Assembly: GCA_041662125.1 (NCBI GenBank)
Contig: JBAZTA010000001.1
Location: 582,379 to 646,378 of the forward strand
Origin: Candidatus Omnitrophota bacterium
Lineage (GTDB): Bacteria > Omnitrophota > Gorgyraeia > Gygaellales > Profunditerraquicolaceae
Direction of reading: 5' to 3'
Length of the DNA: 64,000 bases
Within the stretch, counting starts at the first letter, position 1. Each line of letters starts with the position of its first letter. Positions 31,718 through 44,100 of the stretch are shown here, one piece after another. The notes beneath the pieces are model-generated. The model was given only the letters and a program-made list of their open reading frames with translations. It searched no databases and had not been told where the DNA came from. Position numbers and translations under genes: made by a program.

Positions 31718-32255
31718 CCAGGGCCTCCGTATTAAACCGCAATTTCTTAACCTTCTTCATTTTTTCATCTAACTCTTTCTTTATATTAACAGTAAAAGCC
31801 TCATCATTCAAACATTTTAAGTTTATTTCTACATTAAAATATGAGCTCATAAATGCCGCTTCCAATAACGCCGCCGCCACCGCAACATCGCTGGCCAAAT
31901 TAACATTGCCTTTTTTCGCTAATTCAGGGCATACTTCTAAAGCATCACAACTTAACCGGCAGACCATAAAAGGCACATCCAAAGCTTTACGCGGATCTTG
32001 ACTTCGATAGGCTTTGATATCCAAATCAACCAATCCCAGGAAATCCTTGCGTAAACGTTCAGAGACTTTCAGGATCTCCTGAAGCTCTGGCTCATAGTGA
32101 GCGTACCTTGGTTTCCCCACGGTAAAATGCACAACCATACTCAAAAGAGAAGCGCCCATGGCCGCGGATAATGCCGCGGCAGAGCCTCCTCCCGGAGCAG
32201 GCTTCTTTGCCGCCAAATCATCAAGATATTGCTTAAGTGATTTATTATAATACAC
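31695..32255 (-). CDS. fchA: formimidoyl/methenyl-tetrahydrofolate cyclodeaminase-cyclohydrolase family protein (FTCD_C domain)
   Basis: 186 aa; YLDDLAAKKPAPGGGSAAALSAAMGASLLSMV is the cyclodeaminase/cyclohydrolase signature. Confidence 0.8.
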   Translation of the reverse strand: MYYNKSLKQYLDDLAAKKPAPGGGSAAALSAAMGASLLSMVVHFTVGKPRYAHYEPELQEILKVSERLRKDFLGLVDLDIKAYRSQDPRKALDVPFMVCRLSCDALEVCPELAKKGNVNLASDVAVAAALLEAAFMSSYFNVEINLKCLNDEAFTVNIKKELDEKMKKVKKLRFNTEALVGEIIRG

Positions 32256-32276
32256 GGCTGTCTCCTTATTTGTTTA

Positions 32277-33971
32277 TTAAAACAATCCGGTAATAGTACC
32301 GGTATCGTCAATATCGATCTTTTCTCCAGCAGGATGCCGGGGCAATCCCGGCATCGTCTGAATAGAGCCGCATAACGGAGATAAAAAACCCGCGCCGATA
32401 AAAGCGCGGATATCCCGTATCGGTAAAATAAAATCCTTTGGCCTGCCCAAAAGCAACGGGTCATGAGACAAAGACAAATGCGTCTTGGACATGCATACGG
32501 GCAACTGCGCCCATCCCTGCCGGGTAAACAATTCTATTTTACTTTCTGCCGCAGGAGTATAAGAAACGCCCTTTGCTCCATACATCGAAACAGCGATCTT
32601 TTCAATTTTCTCTTTTAAGGAAAGTTCAAGCGGGTATAAGAAATGGAAATTATTCTTTTCTTGAGCAGCCCGGATAACCGCTCTTCCCAAATCAAGGCCT
32701 CCCGCGCCTCCTTTAAGCCAAACTTCACTAACCACACAATCGCAGGCGCCAAACTCAAGCGTCTTTTTCTTAACAAAATCTATTTCCTGGTCGGTATCAG
32801 TATTAAACCTGTTGATTGCCACCACGACCGGTATACCGAACAATCTGACATTCTCGATCTGTTTTGCTAAATTAGATAACCCAACTTCCACCGCGCAGAT
32901 ATTTTCCTTGGTCAATTCTTTATCCAACGGCTTACCGGCTACTACCGTAAACCTGCCGCTATGAGCTTTGAGCGCCCTGACCGAACAAACGATGACCGCC
33001 GCATCAGGAGTAAAGCCGCTGGCGCGGCATTTTATATCAAAGAATTTCTCAGCACCGCAGTCAGCGCCAAAGCCTGACTCGGTAACCACGTAATCCGAAC
33101 AAGATAAAGCGATCATATCTGCCAATATGGAGCTATTTCCGTGCGCGATATTGCCAAAAGGCCCGGCGTGCACAAAACAAGGAGTGTGTTCTATCGTCTG
33201 AATTAAATTCGGTTTTATTGCTTCTTTTAAAAGCGCGGCCATGCTTCCTGCGACGCGGATATCATCACAGGTCAATGGTTTTTGCTCATCAGTATATGCC
33301 AGGACAATATTGCCTAAACGCTTACGGAGATCCGGCAGCCCCGTAGATAACGCCAGAACAGCCATGACCTCAGAAGAAGCAGTTATATCAAAACCTGATT
33401 CTTGCACCAGGCTTTCCTGCTCCAGTCCTAAACCGGTCTTGATGACGCGTAAAGACCGGTCATTAATATCAATGACCCTGCGCCAGACCATGGTCTGGGG
33501 ATTAACGCGCAGACGGTTACCTTTAAATATGGAATTATCCAGGAACGCGGCCGCCAAATTATGGGCGAGCGAGACCGCATGAGTATCACCGCTGAAATGA
33601 AGGTTAAATTCTTCCATCGGCAAGACCTGGGAATAACCTCCTCCGGCAGCACCTCCTTTAATGCCGAATACGGGCCCCAGCGACGGCTGCCTGATACAGG
33701 CTGAAGCCTTTTGCCCCAATTTGTTTAACGCCATAGACAAGCCAATGGTGGTAACCGTTTTTCCTTCGCCCAGGGGCGTAGGGGTCATCGCTGAAACAAC
33801 GATATATTTCCCGCGCCGGCGCTTGGAAAGCGTAGCTAACACATTTAAATCTATTTTTGCGATATATTTACCATGGGGAATAAGGAACGATTTATCTATC
33901 CTTATTTTTCGGGCAATACGCTCGATGGGAAGGATCTTGGCTTTTTGAACGATCTCTATATCAGATAGCAT
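32277..33971 (-). CDS. fhs: formate--tetrahydrofolate ligase
   Basis: 564 aa; MLSDIEIVQKAKILPI, the PTPLGEGKTVTTIGL P-loop and the FTHFS signatures. Confidence 0.92.
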   Translation of the reverse strand: MLSDIEIVQKAKILPIERIARKIRIDKSFLIPHGKYIAKIDLNVLATLSKRRRGKYIVVSAMTPTPLGEGKTVTTIGLSMALNKLGQKASACIRQPSLGPVFGIKGGAAGGGYSQVLPMEEFNLHFSGDTHAVSLAHNLAAAFLDNSIFKGNRLRVNPQTMVWRRVIDINDRSLRVIKTGLGLEQESLVQESGFDITASSEVMAVLALSTGLPDLRKRLGNIVLAYTDEQKPLTCDDIRVAGSMAALLKEAIKPNLIQTIEHTPCFVHAGPFGNIAHGNSSILADMIALSCSDYVVTESGFGADCGAEKFFDIKCRASGFTPDAAVIVCSVRALKAHSGRFTVVAGKPLDKELTKENICAVEVGLSNLAKQIENVRLFGIPVVVAINRFNTDTDQEIDFVKKKTLEFGACDCVVSEVWLKGGAGGLDLGRAVIRAAQEKNNFHFLYPLELSLKEKIEKIAVSMYGAKGVSYTPAAESKIELFTRQGWAQLPVCMSKTHLSLSHDPLLLGRPKDFILPIRDIRAFIGAGFLSPLCGSIQTMPGLPRHPAGEKIDIDDTGTITGLF

Positions 33972-33981
33972 ACGTTAGGTT

Positions 33982-34368
33982 TCAATACGAAAACCGGTCA
34001 TCCAGTTCAAACGCGTTTTTTATTACCCTGATATCCTGTATTTCGTTACCAGAAGCCACCAGGATGGATACAACATCAAAACGCGCCTTTTTATGCAAGA
34101 GGTTGTTTCCCTTGAGGAAGAAAACTGCCACCCGGGAAATCTGCCGTTGTTTTGACTTCGAAACAGCCTCCTGAGGAAAGCCGCATCTCTCTGAACGGCG
34201 CGTTTTTACTTCAATAAAACAAATTATGCCACCGTCACTGGCGATAATATCAATTTCGCCGGCTTTAATCCGGTAATTCTTTTGCAGTATTTTATAACCG
34301 TTTTGAGCCAGAAAAAGTAATGCTTGCTCTTCTCCAGCCCTGCCGAGATATAGGTGAGCGTCAGACAC
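33982..34368 (-). CDS. yraN: YraN family (UPF0102) endonuclease
   Basis: 128 aa; GEEQALLFLAQNGYKILQKNYR...GEIDIIASDGGIICFIEVKTRRS. Confidence 0.8.
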   Translation of the reverse strand: MSDAHLYLGRAGEEQALLFLAQNGYKILQKNYRIKAGEIDIIASDGGIICFIEVKTRRSERCGFPQEAVSKSKQRQISRVAVFFLKGNNLLHKKARFDVVSILVASGNEIQDIRVIKNAFELDDRFSY

Positions 34369-34963
34369 AATTAAAACTAGTGCGATGGATACTACTTGCC
34401 CCGAATTTCTTCAGCGCATCCCGATGCGCGCTCGTCGGATAACCTTTGTGCCGCAGAAAACCGTATTGCGGAAAAACCTTATCGTACACCTGCATGATAC
34501 GGTCGCGGATAACCTTAGCTACAATAGAAGCAGAAGCGATACTTTGAGACTTCGCGTCACCTTTTATAATATTAGTAAAAGGCAAAACAAAACGCGGTTT
34601 AACGGTACCATCAACAAGAATATACATCTCTTCTTTCTTGAAGGAAACCAGCTTCTCAAGAAGGTCATTAACCGCATCCTCCATGGCGATACGCGTAGCT
34701 TCCAGGATATTTAAACGGTCAATGATCTTTTCATTAACAATACCCACACCGAATACTGCTTTATCCAAGATCTCAAGAAAAGCTTTTTCTCGCTGCAGCG
34801 GACTTAATTTCTTTGAATCATCGATACGGTTCTTAAACCGAAAGGACTTAAGCAAGACCGCTGCCGCCACAACCGGCCCTGCCAAAGGGCCGACACCGAC
34901 TTCATCTACTCCGATAATGGAACAGTACCCTTTTTTCTTGAATTTTCTTTCGTAATAGAGCAC
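34361..34963 (-). CDS. rnhB: ribonuclease HII
   Basis: 200 aa; IIGVDEVGVGPLAGPVVAAAV, with the catalytic DE..D pattern. Confidence 0.9.
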   Translation of the reverse strand: MLYYERKFKKKGYCSIIGVDEVGVGPLAGPVVAAAVLLKSFRFKNRIDDSKKLSPLQREKAFLEILDKAVFGVGIVNEKIIDRLNILEATRIAMEDAVNDLLEKLVSFKKEEMYILVDGTVKPRFVLPFTNIIKGDAKSQSIASASIVAKVIRDRIMQVYDKVFPQYGFLRHKGYPTSAHRDALKKFGASSIHRTSFNCV

Positions 34964-34972
34964 GTTGCCTCA

Positions 34973-35330
34973 CTACGTACGTACCGCCCCTTTTTCTACA
35001 CGAGCCTCGATTTTAGTCGCGTTCTTTCCGATCTTGCCGCGTAAATAAAAAAGTTTTGAACGTCTTACTTTTCCTTTTCTTAAGACTTCAATACGTTCGA
35101 TATTCGGCGAATAGAGCGGAAAAACCCGTTCAATGCCTTCACCGAAAGAGATCTTTCTGACCGTAAACGCTTTACGGACTCCAGCGCCTTTTTCGGCGAT
35201 CACGATACCTTCAAACGGATGAAGCCTGACCTTATCCCCTTCGGGGATCTTCGTCATGACTTTCACCGTGTCCCCAACGCCAAAAACCGGCATATCTTTC
35301 TTTGTGTATTCCTGTTCGACTTGTTTGATC

Positions 35331-35338
<8 letters not shown>
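34973..35338 (-). CDS. rplS: 50S ribosomal protein L19
   Basis: 121 aa; [27 protein letters not shown]...[22 protein letters not shown] matches L19. Confidence 0.92.
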
Positions 35339-37191
<1,853 letters not shown>

Positions 37192-37332
37192 TTAAGATTA
37201 ACGCTATAAATAACTCATCACTAAAATACAAATAAGCAAAATCTTCTCTACTTTGAGTTTTTCCAGGAAATAAGTATTTGAAATTATTGCCGTTAGGATT
37301 ATATGGAGAGGATGCGTAAAGCCTTCTCTAGC

Positions 37333-37704
37333 CTAAAACTTGATATTTTCTTTTTTAATCCGCGTATGCACGTAATGAATTATTTGCAATCTATCTTTAA
37401 GGTCCATCCTTAAGAATTCAATCCCTGTCTCAAAATATTCCTTGCCGTTTTTTTCTTTCTTAGGCACCGGCAACTGCCAGGCAATCCGGGCTAAAGCCTT
37501 AAAATCCTGTGATTCCTGCGGCAGCAATAAACTTATATCAAGCTGAGTCCCTGCAAAAATACGTTCCGGAAGCCATGCACGCACGCCTCCTCCTCCAAGA
37601 TCCAATGACTGGAATTCTTTACCGAAGGGCTGGCCGGTGATCGTATATGATATCTTAACGCCATCTTTAAGCCTATAATACCTTCTTTTGTTTTGGTCAG
37701 CCAT
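37333..37704 (-). CDS. PilZ domain protein (stand-alone c-di-GMP receptor)
   Basis: 123 aa; RRYYRLKD (RxxxR) and DLGGGGVRAW (DxSxxG-like) are the PilZ c-di-GMP-binding motifs. Confidence 0.7.
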   Translation of the reverse strand: MADQNKRRYYRLKDGVKISYTITGQPFGKEFQSLDLGGGGVRAWLPERIFAGTQLDISLLLPQESQDFKALARIAWQLPVPKKEKNGKEYFETGIEFLRMDLKDRLQIIHYVHTRIKKENIKF

Positions 37705-37738
37705 CTCTTAGAAAAGTAGCAAAAATACCTTTGGCCCT

Positions 37739-38335
37739 TTAAAACGACCGTTTACAATCAGGGCAGACAAAATGTGAAATAAACCAGTGGCCGTCAGCGC
37801 GCGTATAATCGGGAATAAGTTCCAGGTTCATCGATGTTTTGCATTGCGGGCATTGAAAAGAATTCGACAAACCGATATCCTGCTGGAGTTTTGCCGCGTC
37901 AGCTTTAACTTCATACATCGAAAGATGATAATAATTCAAATTCTTCTTCACATTCGATTTTACCAGCAAATCACGGATTTTGCTCAATATCTCCCGCGGA
38001 GTATAAAACCCTTTGACGGTATAATCATTTGCCCCGAGATCCAAGCCTTTCTTAATAGTTTCGCGGTCACCGAGCACTGAAAATACGATCACCGGGATCT
38101 CCCGTGTCACATCATCAGCTCGCAGACGTTTTAAAACTTCAAAACCGCTCAGGCTAGGCAAAACAATATCCAACAATATTAACCCCGGCTGTTCAGAACG
38201 GGCAATATTAATACCTTTAACACCGTCATCAGCCTCCAAAACGGTATAGCCTTCGTTTTGCAATACATCCATATAGATCCTGCGAAAACCAGGTTCATCA
38301 TCGACAATTAAAATAGTATTTTTGTTATTTTCCAT
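37739..38335 (-). CDS. response regulator: receiver domain fused to C-terminal C4 zinc ribbon
   Basis: 198 aa; REC (ILIVDDEP...LILLDIVLP...TVKG), then a C-terminal FQCPQCKTSM...FVCPDCKRSF. Confidence 0.7.
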   Translation of the reverse strand: MENNKNTILIVDDEPGFRRIYMDVLQNEGYTVLEADDGVKGINIARSEQPGLILLDIVLPSLSGFEVLKRLRADDVTREIPVIVFSVLGDRETIKKGLDLGANDYTVKGFYTPREILSKIRDLLVKSNVKKNLNYYHLSMYEVKADAAKLQQDIGLSNSFQCPQCKTSMNLELIPDYTRADGHWFISHFVCPDCKRSF

Positions 38336-38356
38336 ATACGTCCTCCTTATTTTTTA

Positions 38357-39787
38357 TTATACCATAACTAACGGGATTTTAATAATAAATTTGCTTCCTT
38401 TTCCGACCCCTGACTGAACGGACACATCCCCTTTTTGCAAAAGCATAAAGCTCTTAGCTATATATAACCCCAGGCCTGCCCCGCCTTCAGAACGAGGGCT
38501 GCCTCCCAATGCCTGTTCCTTCTTAAAGATCTTGTTGAGGAACTCCGGAGAAATTCCTGCGCCGGTATCTTCGATCTCGATAAAACCAAATCCTTGTTCA
38601 TCTTTAAGCCGTATCGTAATCCTGCCCTGGGGAGTGAACTTAACCGCATTATTAATGATGTTACTGACAACCTCAATCATTTTATCCTTATCTGCTGCAC
38701 AGGTAATCTGCTTCTCCATGCCTTCCATGACAACCGTAATGCCGCGGGCTTCCATTTCTTCGCGGTATTCCCTGCTCGATGAAGTAACAATTTCTTGCAG
38801 CGTAACCGGCTGGATTTTGACTGAAATGATCCCACGCTCAATACGGGAAACATTAAGCAAGTCGGCAATCAAACGGTACGCACGCAGGCTTATATGCTGC
38901 ATCTCCGCAAGGTATTGCTTTTGTTTTGCGTTTAATTCACCGGTCAGGCCTGTCAGCATATTATCAATATAGCCGCGTATCTCGCCAACAGGTGTTTTTA
39001 ACTGATGCGAGACCATAGCCACAAAATCGCTCTTCATCTGCTCAATACGCCTTCTCTCGGTAATATCATTAAATATTTCAAGCACCGCTTTCTTACCCTC
39101 ATAAATCATTCCGACATGCATGATCTGAAAGATTTTCCCCCCCACAACACCCTCGACTTCGATAGTGCGAAGTTCCCCAACGACAATAGTATTGCGCAAA
39201 GTACACTCCCTACACTGTGTCTTATCATCTTTATAGATCAACCAGCATTTTTTCCCCACAGATTCTTTTCCAAAAAGAGACTCAAGGTTTTCATTTAAAT
39301 AGAGGATATTGCCTTCTTCATCAACAATATCCATGCCAAATGGCAGCGCTTTAAGGATAGACTGGTTAAAATCATTCATCTTACGCAGCTGTTCCTCGAT
39401 ACGCTGCCGCTCAACGGCATAGCGGATGGAACGAACCAGCAAATTACCATCAGCCTGGCCTTTGACTAAATAATCCTGCGCTCCTGCATGGACCGCTTGC
39501 ATGGCAAGAGCTTCATCATAGAGCCCTGTCAATACCACAACCGCCACACCCTTGGCTTTATTTTGAATCTTAAAAAACGTATCAATCCCCTGGCTGTCAG
39601 GAAGCGAGAGGTCAAGCAGGATAATATCAACAACAGCCGCATCCAGCCGCGCCAATCCTTTCTCCAGGGAATCAACCCATTCCATAACAAACGGGGCGCT
39701 CGGGGCGGCATCCAAAAACTCCTGCATCAGGCGCGCATCCCCCGGATTATCTTCAATCAACAAAATACTGATCTTTTTACGAGTCAT
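38357..39787 (-). CDS. hybrid sensor: receiver-PAS-histidine kinase (REC + PAS + HisKA + HATPase_c)
   Basis: 476 aa. N-terminal REC (ISILLIEDNPGDARL...ILLDLSLPD), a PAS region, an H-box (MVSHQLKTPVGEI), and N/G boxes (NAVKFT, DTGAGI, GGAGLGLYIAKS). Confidence 0.8.
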   Translation of the reverse strand: MTRKKISILLIEDNPGDARLMQEFLDAAPSAPFVMEWVDSLEKGLARLDAAVVDIILLDLSLPDSQGIDTFFKIQNKAKGVAVVVLTGLYDEALAMQAVHAGAQDYLVKGQADGNLLVRSIRYAVERQRIEEQLRKMNDFNQSILKALPFGMDIVDEEGNILYLNENLESLFGKESVGKKCWLIYKDDKTQCRECTLRNTIVVGELRTIEVEGVVGGKIFQIMHVGMIYEGKKAVLEIFNDITERRRIEQMKSDFVAMVSHQLKTPVGEIRGYIDNMLTGLTGELNAKQKQYLAEMQHISLRAYRLIADLLNVSRIERGIISVKIQPVTLQEIVTSSSREYREEMEARGITVVMEGMEKQITCAADKDKMIEVVSNIINNAVKFTPQGRITIRLKDEQGFGFIEIEDTGAGISPEFLNKIFKKEQALGGSPRSEGGAGLGLYIAKSFMLLQKGDVSVQSGVGKGSKFIIKIPLVMV

Positions 39788-39788
39788 A

Positions 39789-40676
39789 TTATTCCCGTTT
39801 GCTGCGTTTATGTTTATATAATGCCTGATCCGCCTGCTCCATCAATTGGTTCAACGTGACCGGCCCGCTTGAGCTATTAAAAGAAACGATACCCATACTG
39901 ACCGATAATTGATACATACTGCCGGCAGCGGCATTATGCTCCTTAATATTTTCTTCGGTACGGTTTCTAATAATCTCGGCGGTATCATCCGCGGCATCAA
40001 TCGCCAAGACAATAAATTCATCCCCACCGATCCTGGCGACAATATCGGTTTCACGAAACGTTTTCTTAAGGATATTGGCTACCGTGACCAACGCCCGGTC
40101 GCCTTCCAGATGGCCATAGGTATCATTGATCTTTTTGAGGCCGTCTAAGTCAACAAAAACAATAAAGAATCCCCGCCTCGTCCTGCGGGATAATTTTATC
40201 TGCTGCTGCGCCAGGGACATAAAACCGCGCCGGTTATACAGGCCGCTTAAATCATCAACCAGCGACTGGCTGCGCAGCGCGATCTGCATCCGGTTTCTTT
40301 CTATCGCGTAGCGCAGCGCGCGCACAAGCAGGTGTCCTTCAACCTGCCCCTTAACCAGGTAATCCTGAGCCCCTTCCTGCACAGCCTGAATCGCTGTTGT
40401 TTCATCAGAGACCCCAGACATAACCACCACCGGGATCCCTCCAGCGGCACCCTTTATCTTATGAAACGTCTCTAATCCCGTGCTATCAGGCAGCATCAGG
40501 TCAAGTAAAATAATATCAAAATGGGTCTCTCCCACTTTCTGCAAAGCTTCACTGATCTTACCGGCATAGGATATTTCAAAGCGTACGCTGGAGGCTAAAG
40601 ACAAGTACTCTTTCAACAGGCGGGCATCACCTGGATTGTCTTCAACTAAAAGGATCTTGATTGATTTTGTATCCAT
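39789..40676 (-). CDS. response regulator with GGDEF output domain (diguanylate cyclase)
   Basis: REC (IKILLVEDNPGD...ILLDLMLPD) plus GGDEF (FIVFVDLDGLKKINDTYGHLEGD, RIGGDEFIVL). The start is taken at the ATG at 40676, which shares a base with the upstream stop (TAATG); an alternative upstream start lies at 40721. Confidence 0.8.
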   Translation of the reverse strand: MDTKSIKILLVEDNPGDARLLKEYLSLASSVRFEISYAGKISEALQKVGETHFDIILLDLMLPDSTGLETFHKIKGAAGGIPVVVMSGVSDETTAIQAVQEGAQDYLVKGQVEGHLLVRALRYAIERNRMQIALRSQSLVDDLSGLYNRRGFMSLAQQQIKLSRRTRRGFFIVFVDLDGLKKINDTYGHLEGDRALVTVANILKKTFRETDIVARIGGDEFIVLAIDAADDTAEIIRNRTEENIKEHNAAAGSMYQLSVSMGIVSFNSSSGPVTLNQLMEQADQALYKHKRSKRE

Positions 40677-41134
40677 TACATTGAGGCCCTCGTCGATGGC
40701 AAAAGAACCACCCCCATCCAAAATCGTTCGATTATTTTTACAATCTGGATAAACTCCTCCAGGTTAAAAGGCTTGGTGATATAACAATTCGCGTGCAAAG
40801 CATAACTATTATGCACATCCTCTTCTGCGTCAGAAGTCGTTAAGATCAGCACCGGAATACTTTTCAGTTCCTGATCTTCTTTGATTTCCGATAACACCTG
40901 ACGGCCATCCTTTTTAGGAAGGTTAAGATCAAGCAAAATAAGGGCGGGACGCGCGGCATGTTCATATACGCCCTGACGGCGCAAGAACTCCAGCGCCTGA
41001 ACGCCGTCCTGAGCAACCCAGAGGTTATTGCGTACGCAGCTATCCTTAAAGACTTCTTGCATCAAGCGGACATCGCCGGGATTATCTTCGATGAGTAAAA
41101 CTTCTATCACAGGTATCGGCAAATTCTCACGCAT
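40676..41134 (-). CDS. single-domain response regulator (CheY-like receiver)
   Basis: VLLIEDNPGDVRLMQE...LILLDLNLPKKDG...ITKP. The preferred start is the internal ATG (MRENLPIPVIEV...) 6 nt after the sensor kinase stop; the ORF-track start is at 41185. Confidence 0.75.
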   Translation of the reverse strand: MRENLPIPVIEVLLIEDNPGDVRLMQEVFKDSCVRNNLWVAQDGVQALEFLRRQGVYEHAARPALILLDLNLPKKDGRQVLSEIKEDQELKSIPVLILTTSDAEEDVHNSYALHANCYITKPFNLEEFIQIVKIIERFWMGVVLLPSTRASM

Positions 41135-44100
41135 GCTTTTTTTTCTCCATAACCGGGATCTTAAAATAAAAAGTTGTCCCAACACCGAGTTGGGATTCTA
41201 CCCAAATACTGCCGCCGTGGCGTTCGAGGATCTTCTTGCAGATCGCCAGGCCCATACCAGTACCAGGATAGTCTTTACGAGAATGGAGCCTTTGAAAGAT
41301 CTTAAATATCCTCTCGGCATACTGCTGCTCAAAACCGATCCCGTTATCAGCCACGGTAAAAAACCAATCATTATCCCGGCGTTCACAGCTCACCGTTATA
41401 CGCGGAGGCTCTTTACCCCTGAATTTTATCGCGTTAAAGATCAAATTCTGAAATAATTGTTCCATTTGTTGGTTATCAGCGACTATTCTTGGCAGCGGGG
41501 AATAGGAAATGACTGCCTGTGTTTCTTCAATACTGACCCTGACATTCGTAAGCACCCGCGCCAAAACCGCGTTACAATCAACCTCCGAAAACTCCTTACC
41601 TTGCGTTCCGACGCGCGAATAGGTTAACAAAGCATTAATCAAAGACTGCATCCAATTTACCCCGTCAACGGCATATCCGATAAAATCATCGGCATCCGCA
41701 TCAAGCTTGCCTTTATAGCGTTTTTCCAGAAGCTGCACATAACTCGATACCATGCGCAGCGGCTCCTGCAAATCATGAGAAGCAATATAGGCAAAATGCT
41801 CCAGTTCTGTATTAGAACGCACCAACTCCTGCGTTTGCCGCTCCAGAACTTCCTCTGCGAGCGTGCGTTCAGTCAAATCCTGCAACGTTTCGATCGCGGC
41901 GATCACTTCGCCTTTCCTATTATATATCGGGACCGCTTCAAAAAGGATATACCGGTCTTTTCCTCCTAAATTCTGATACCATCCTTCAACCAGTAAACCG
42001 TTTGACGCCAGGGTCGAGCGGCCGTATTGCTTATAATAATTGGCAACACCCTCCTGGTTGGCATCGACAACCAGGTCTGCCAGGACCGGACGCTTACTTT
42101 TATAAAAGGGTTTCCATTGATTGGACGTACCGATCAGTTCATTGCCCCTCAAACCTGTCAGGTGTTCACAGGCTTTATTCCAAAAGATGACACGGTGTTG
42201 CGCGTTTATCACGAACGTTGCCATAGCTGAATTTTGCACCAGGTTTTCAGAGAACTCTTTCTGCTCCTGCAGCTCATATTCAGCGACTTTGCGTTCGGTA
42301 ATATCGGTGGCGACAAATAGAAAGCCGATCATCTGGCCGGCAGTATCACGCTGCGCTGTTACCGAAAGATTAACGATAATATGTTTCCCGTCTCTACGCA
42401 GATAGGTCCACTCACGCTCTTCGTGCGTTCCGTGCCGGGCGTTCTCAACCAAAACATCAAATCCCGCGATCGAGCGTTTAAATTCCCAGGATAACTCTTT
42501 GCTTCTGGCAATAAGCTCCGATTCCAGATGAATAACTTCAGGCGTATGCATCTCGATCATATCCTCAGCCTGATAATCCAGCATCTTCTCAGCACCGGAA
42601 TTAAAAACCGTAATCAACCCATGCATCTCAGTTGCGATAATAGAAACTTGTGTTGCGGCATTGAAAACCGTTTTAAGCTGAGTATTAGCGGTAGCAATGA
42701 GTGTTAACAAATGTTCTCTCTGGCGAACCACCACAAAGAATACCATGACCAAAATAGACAAAAACAAAATAATAATGATCCCGAACAACCGATATTGTAA
42801 AAAACTCCGGGTCGAACTCAAGAGGACTACTGACCAGCCTTCCCGATTAATTAACTGCCGCACCACATAAAAATTTTCGCCTTTAAAGCTTATCTTATCT
42901 CCATCAGAAAACATTTGCTGACCCAGAATGCTGATAGGTTTATTACCGAATTGATCAGATTGTGCTAAACGAGACATGGAAAGCGCAGGAATCGGCCATA
43001 AACCTTGGAACAAAAGTTCCTTTTTACTAGACAAAAATATTACACCTTGCGCGTCAATCAAGAAACAATACGGGAATTGTTTAAACGCCCCTTCGATCAA
43101 ATCAATACTTTTCTTAATAACCGCAATGCCGATAACTTTGCTTTCGGCATCCCGGACCGGATAACTCGCATAATAACAACGTTCACCTAAAACCGTATCC
43201 AAGGAAAAATAATGATCCGGCCAACCCGCACGCGATTTCTTAAAATACGGCAAACTTGCTAATGACTTTCCGATCAGGCTATCCTGTTTATTTCTATGGG
43301 AAGAAGCTATGACTACTCCCTCTTGATTAAGCAGGAAACACGCCGACATTTCCAAAGCACTCTGATACCGGCCAAGGACTGAATTTGCTTTCGCCAGTTC
43401 TTCCGCGGAACCGATAGTTAATGCCGGAGCGATCCAGGGAGAACCGCTGATCGTCATGGCTGCTTGTTCAGTCTTTGTCAATTCAGACGTTAAATTATGT
43501 ACTGAATCAGAGATATCAATCCGAGCGTCGCTGATAAGCTTGTTCTTTTCATAATTACCCAAAGAATTGATAAAAAACCACCCTCCCGTAATTATCAGCA
43601 TCAACGTCAAAATTAGCCATGGGGATAACTGCGCGTAAACAGGATGGCCATGCGCTTTAAAAGTAAACCAACGGGAAATTTCTGAGTAGACCCATAAGGT
43701 AAGCGCCAACATAAGGACAATCACTCCCTGCACAAAATGCACAGGGAATCCCAACAGGCGTAAAAATAAATCGCTATTAACCCAGCGAACAGGCATGAAC
43801 CATGACGCAGGAGACATAAAACAATTGATTACCGCATAAATCCCGAATAACACGCTGATAACTAAAAGGCAATTGCGTAAATACGGATCGATCTCCGATT
43901 TTGAATACTTATAAATGATCCAACAAACAAACAGGCCGCCAGGGATTCCCAGCAAATAGCGGGAGAAAACATCTAACCCCATCAACCCTCCCATCCCTCC
44001 TGCGGCAGTGAGCACCACAAGCGGCACATATACCCATAAACCAAAACTTTTCTTGCGGATAAATAAAAGGCCTCTGCGGTCAAATTCAATGAGAAAGAAA

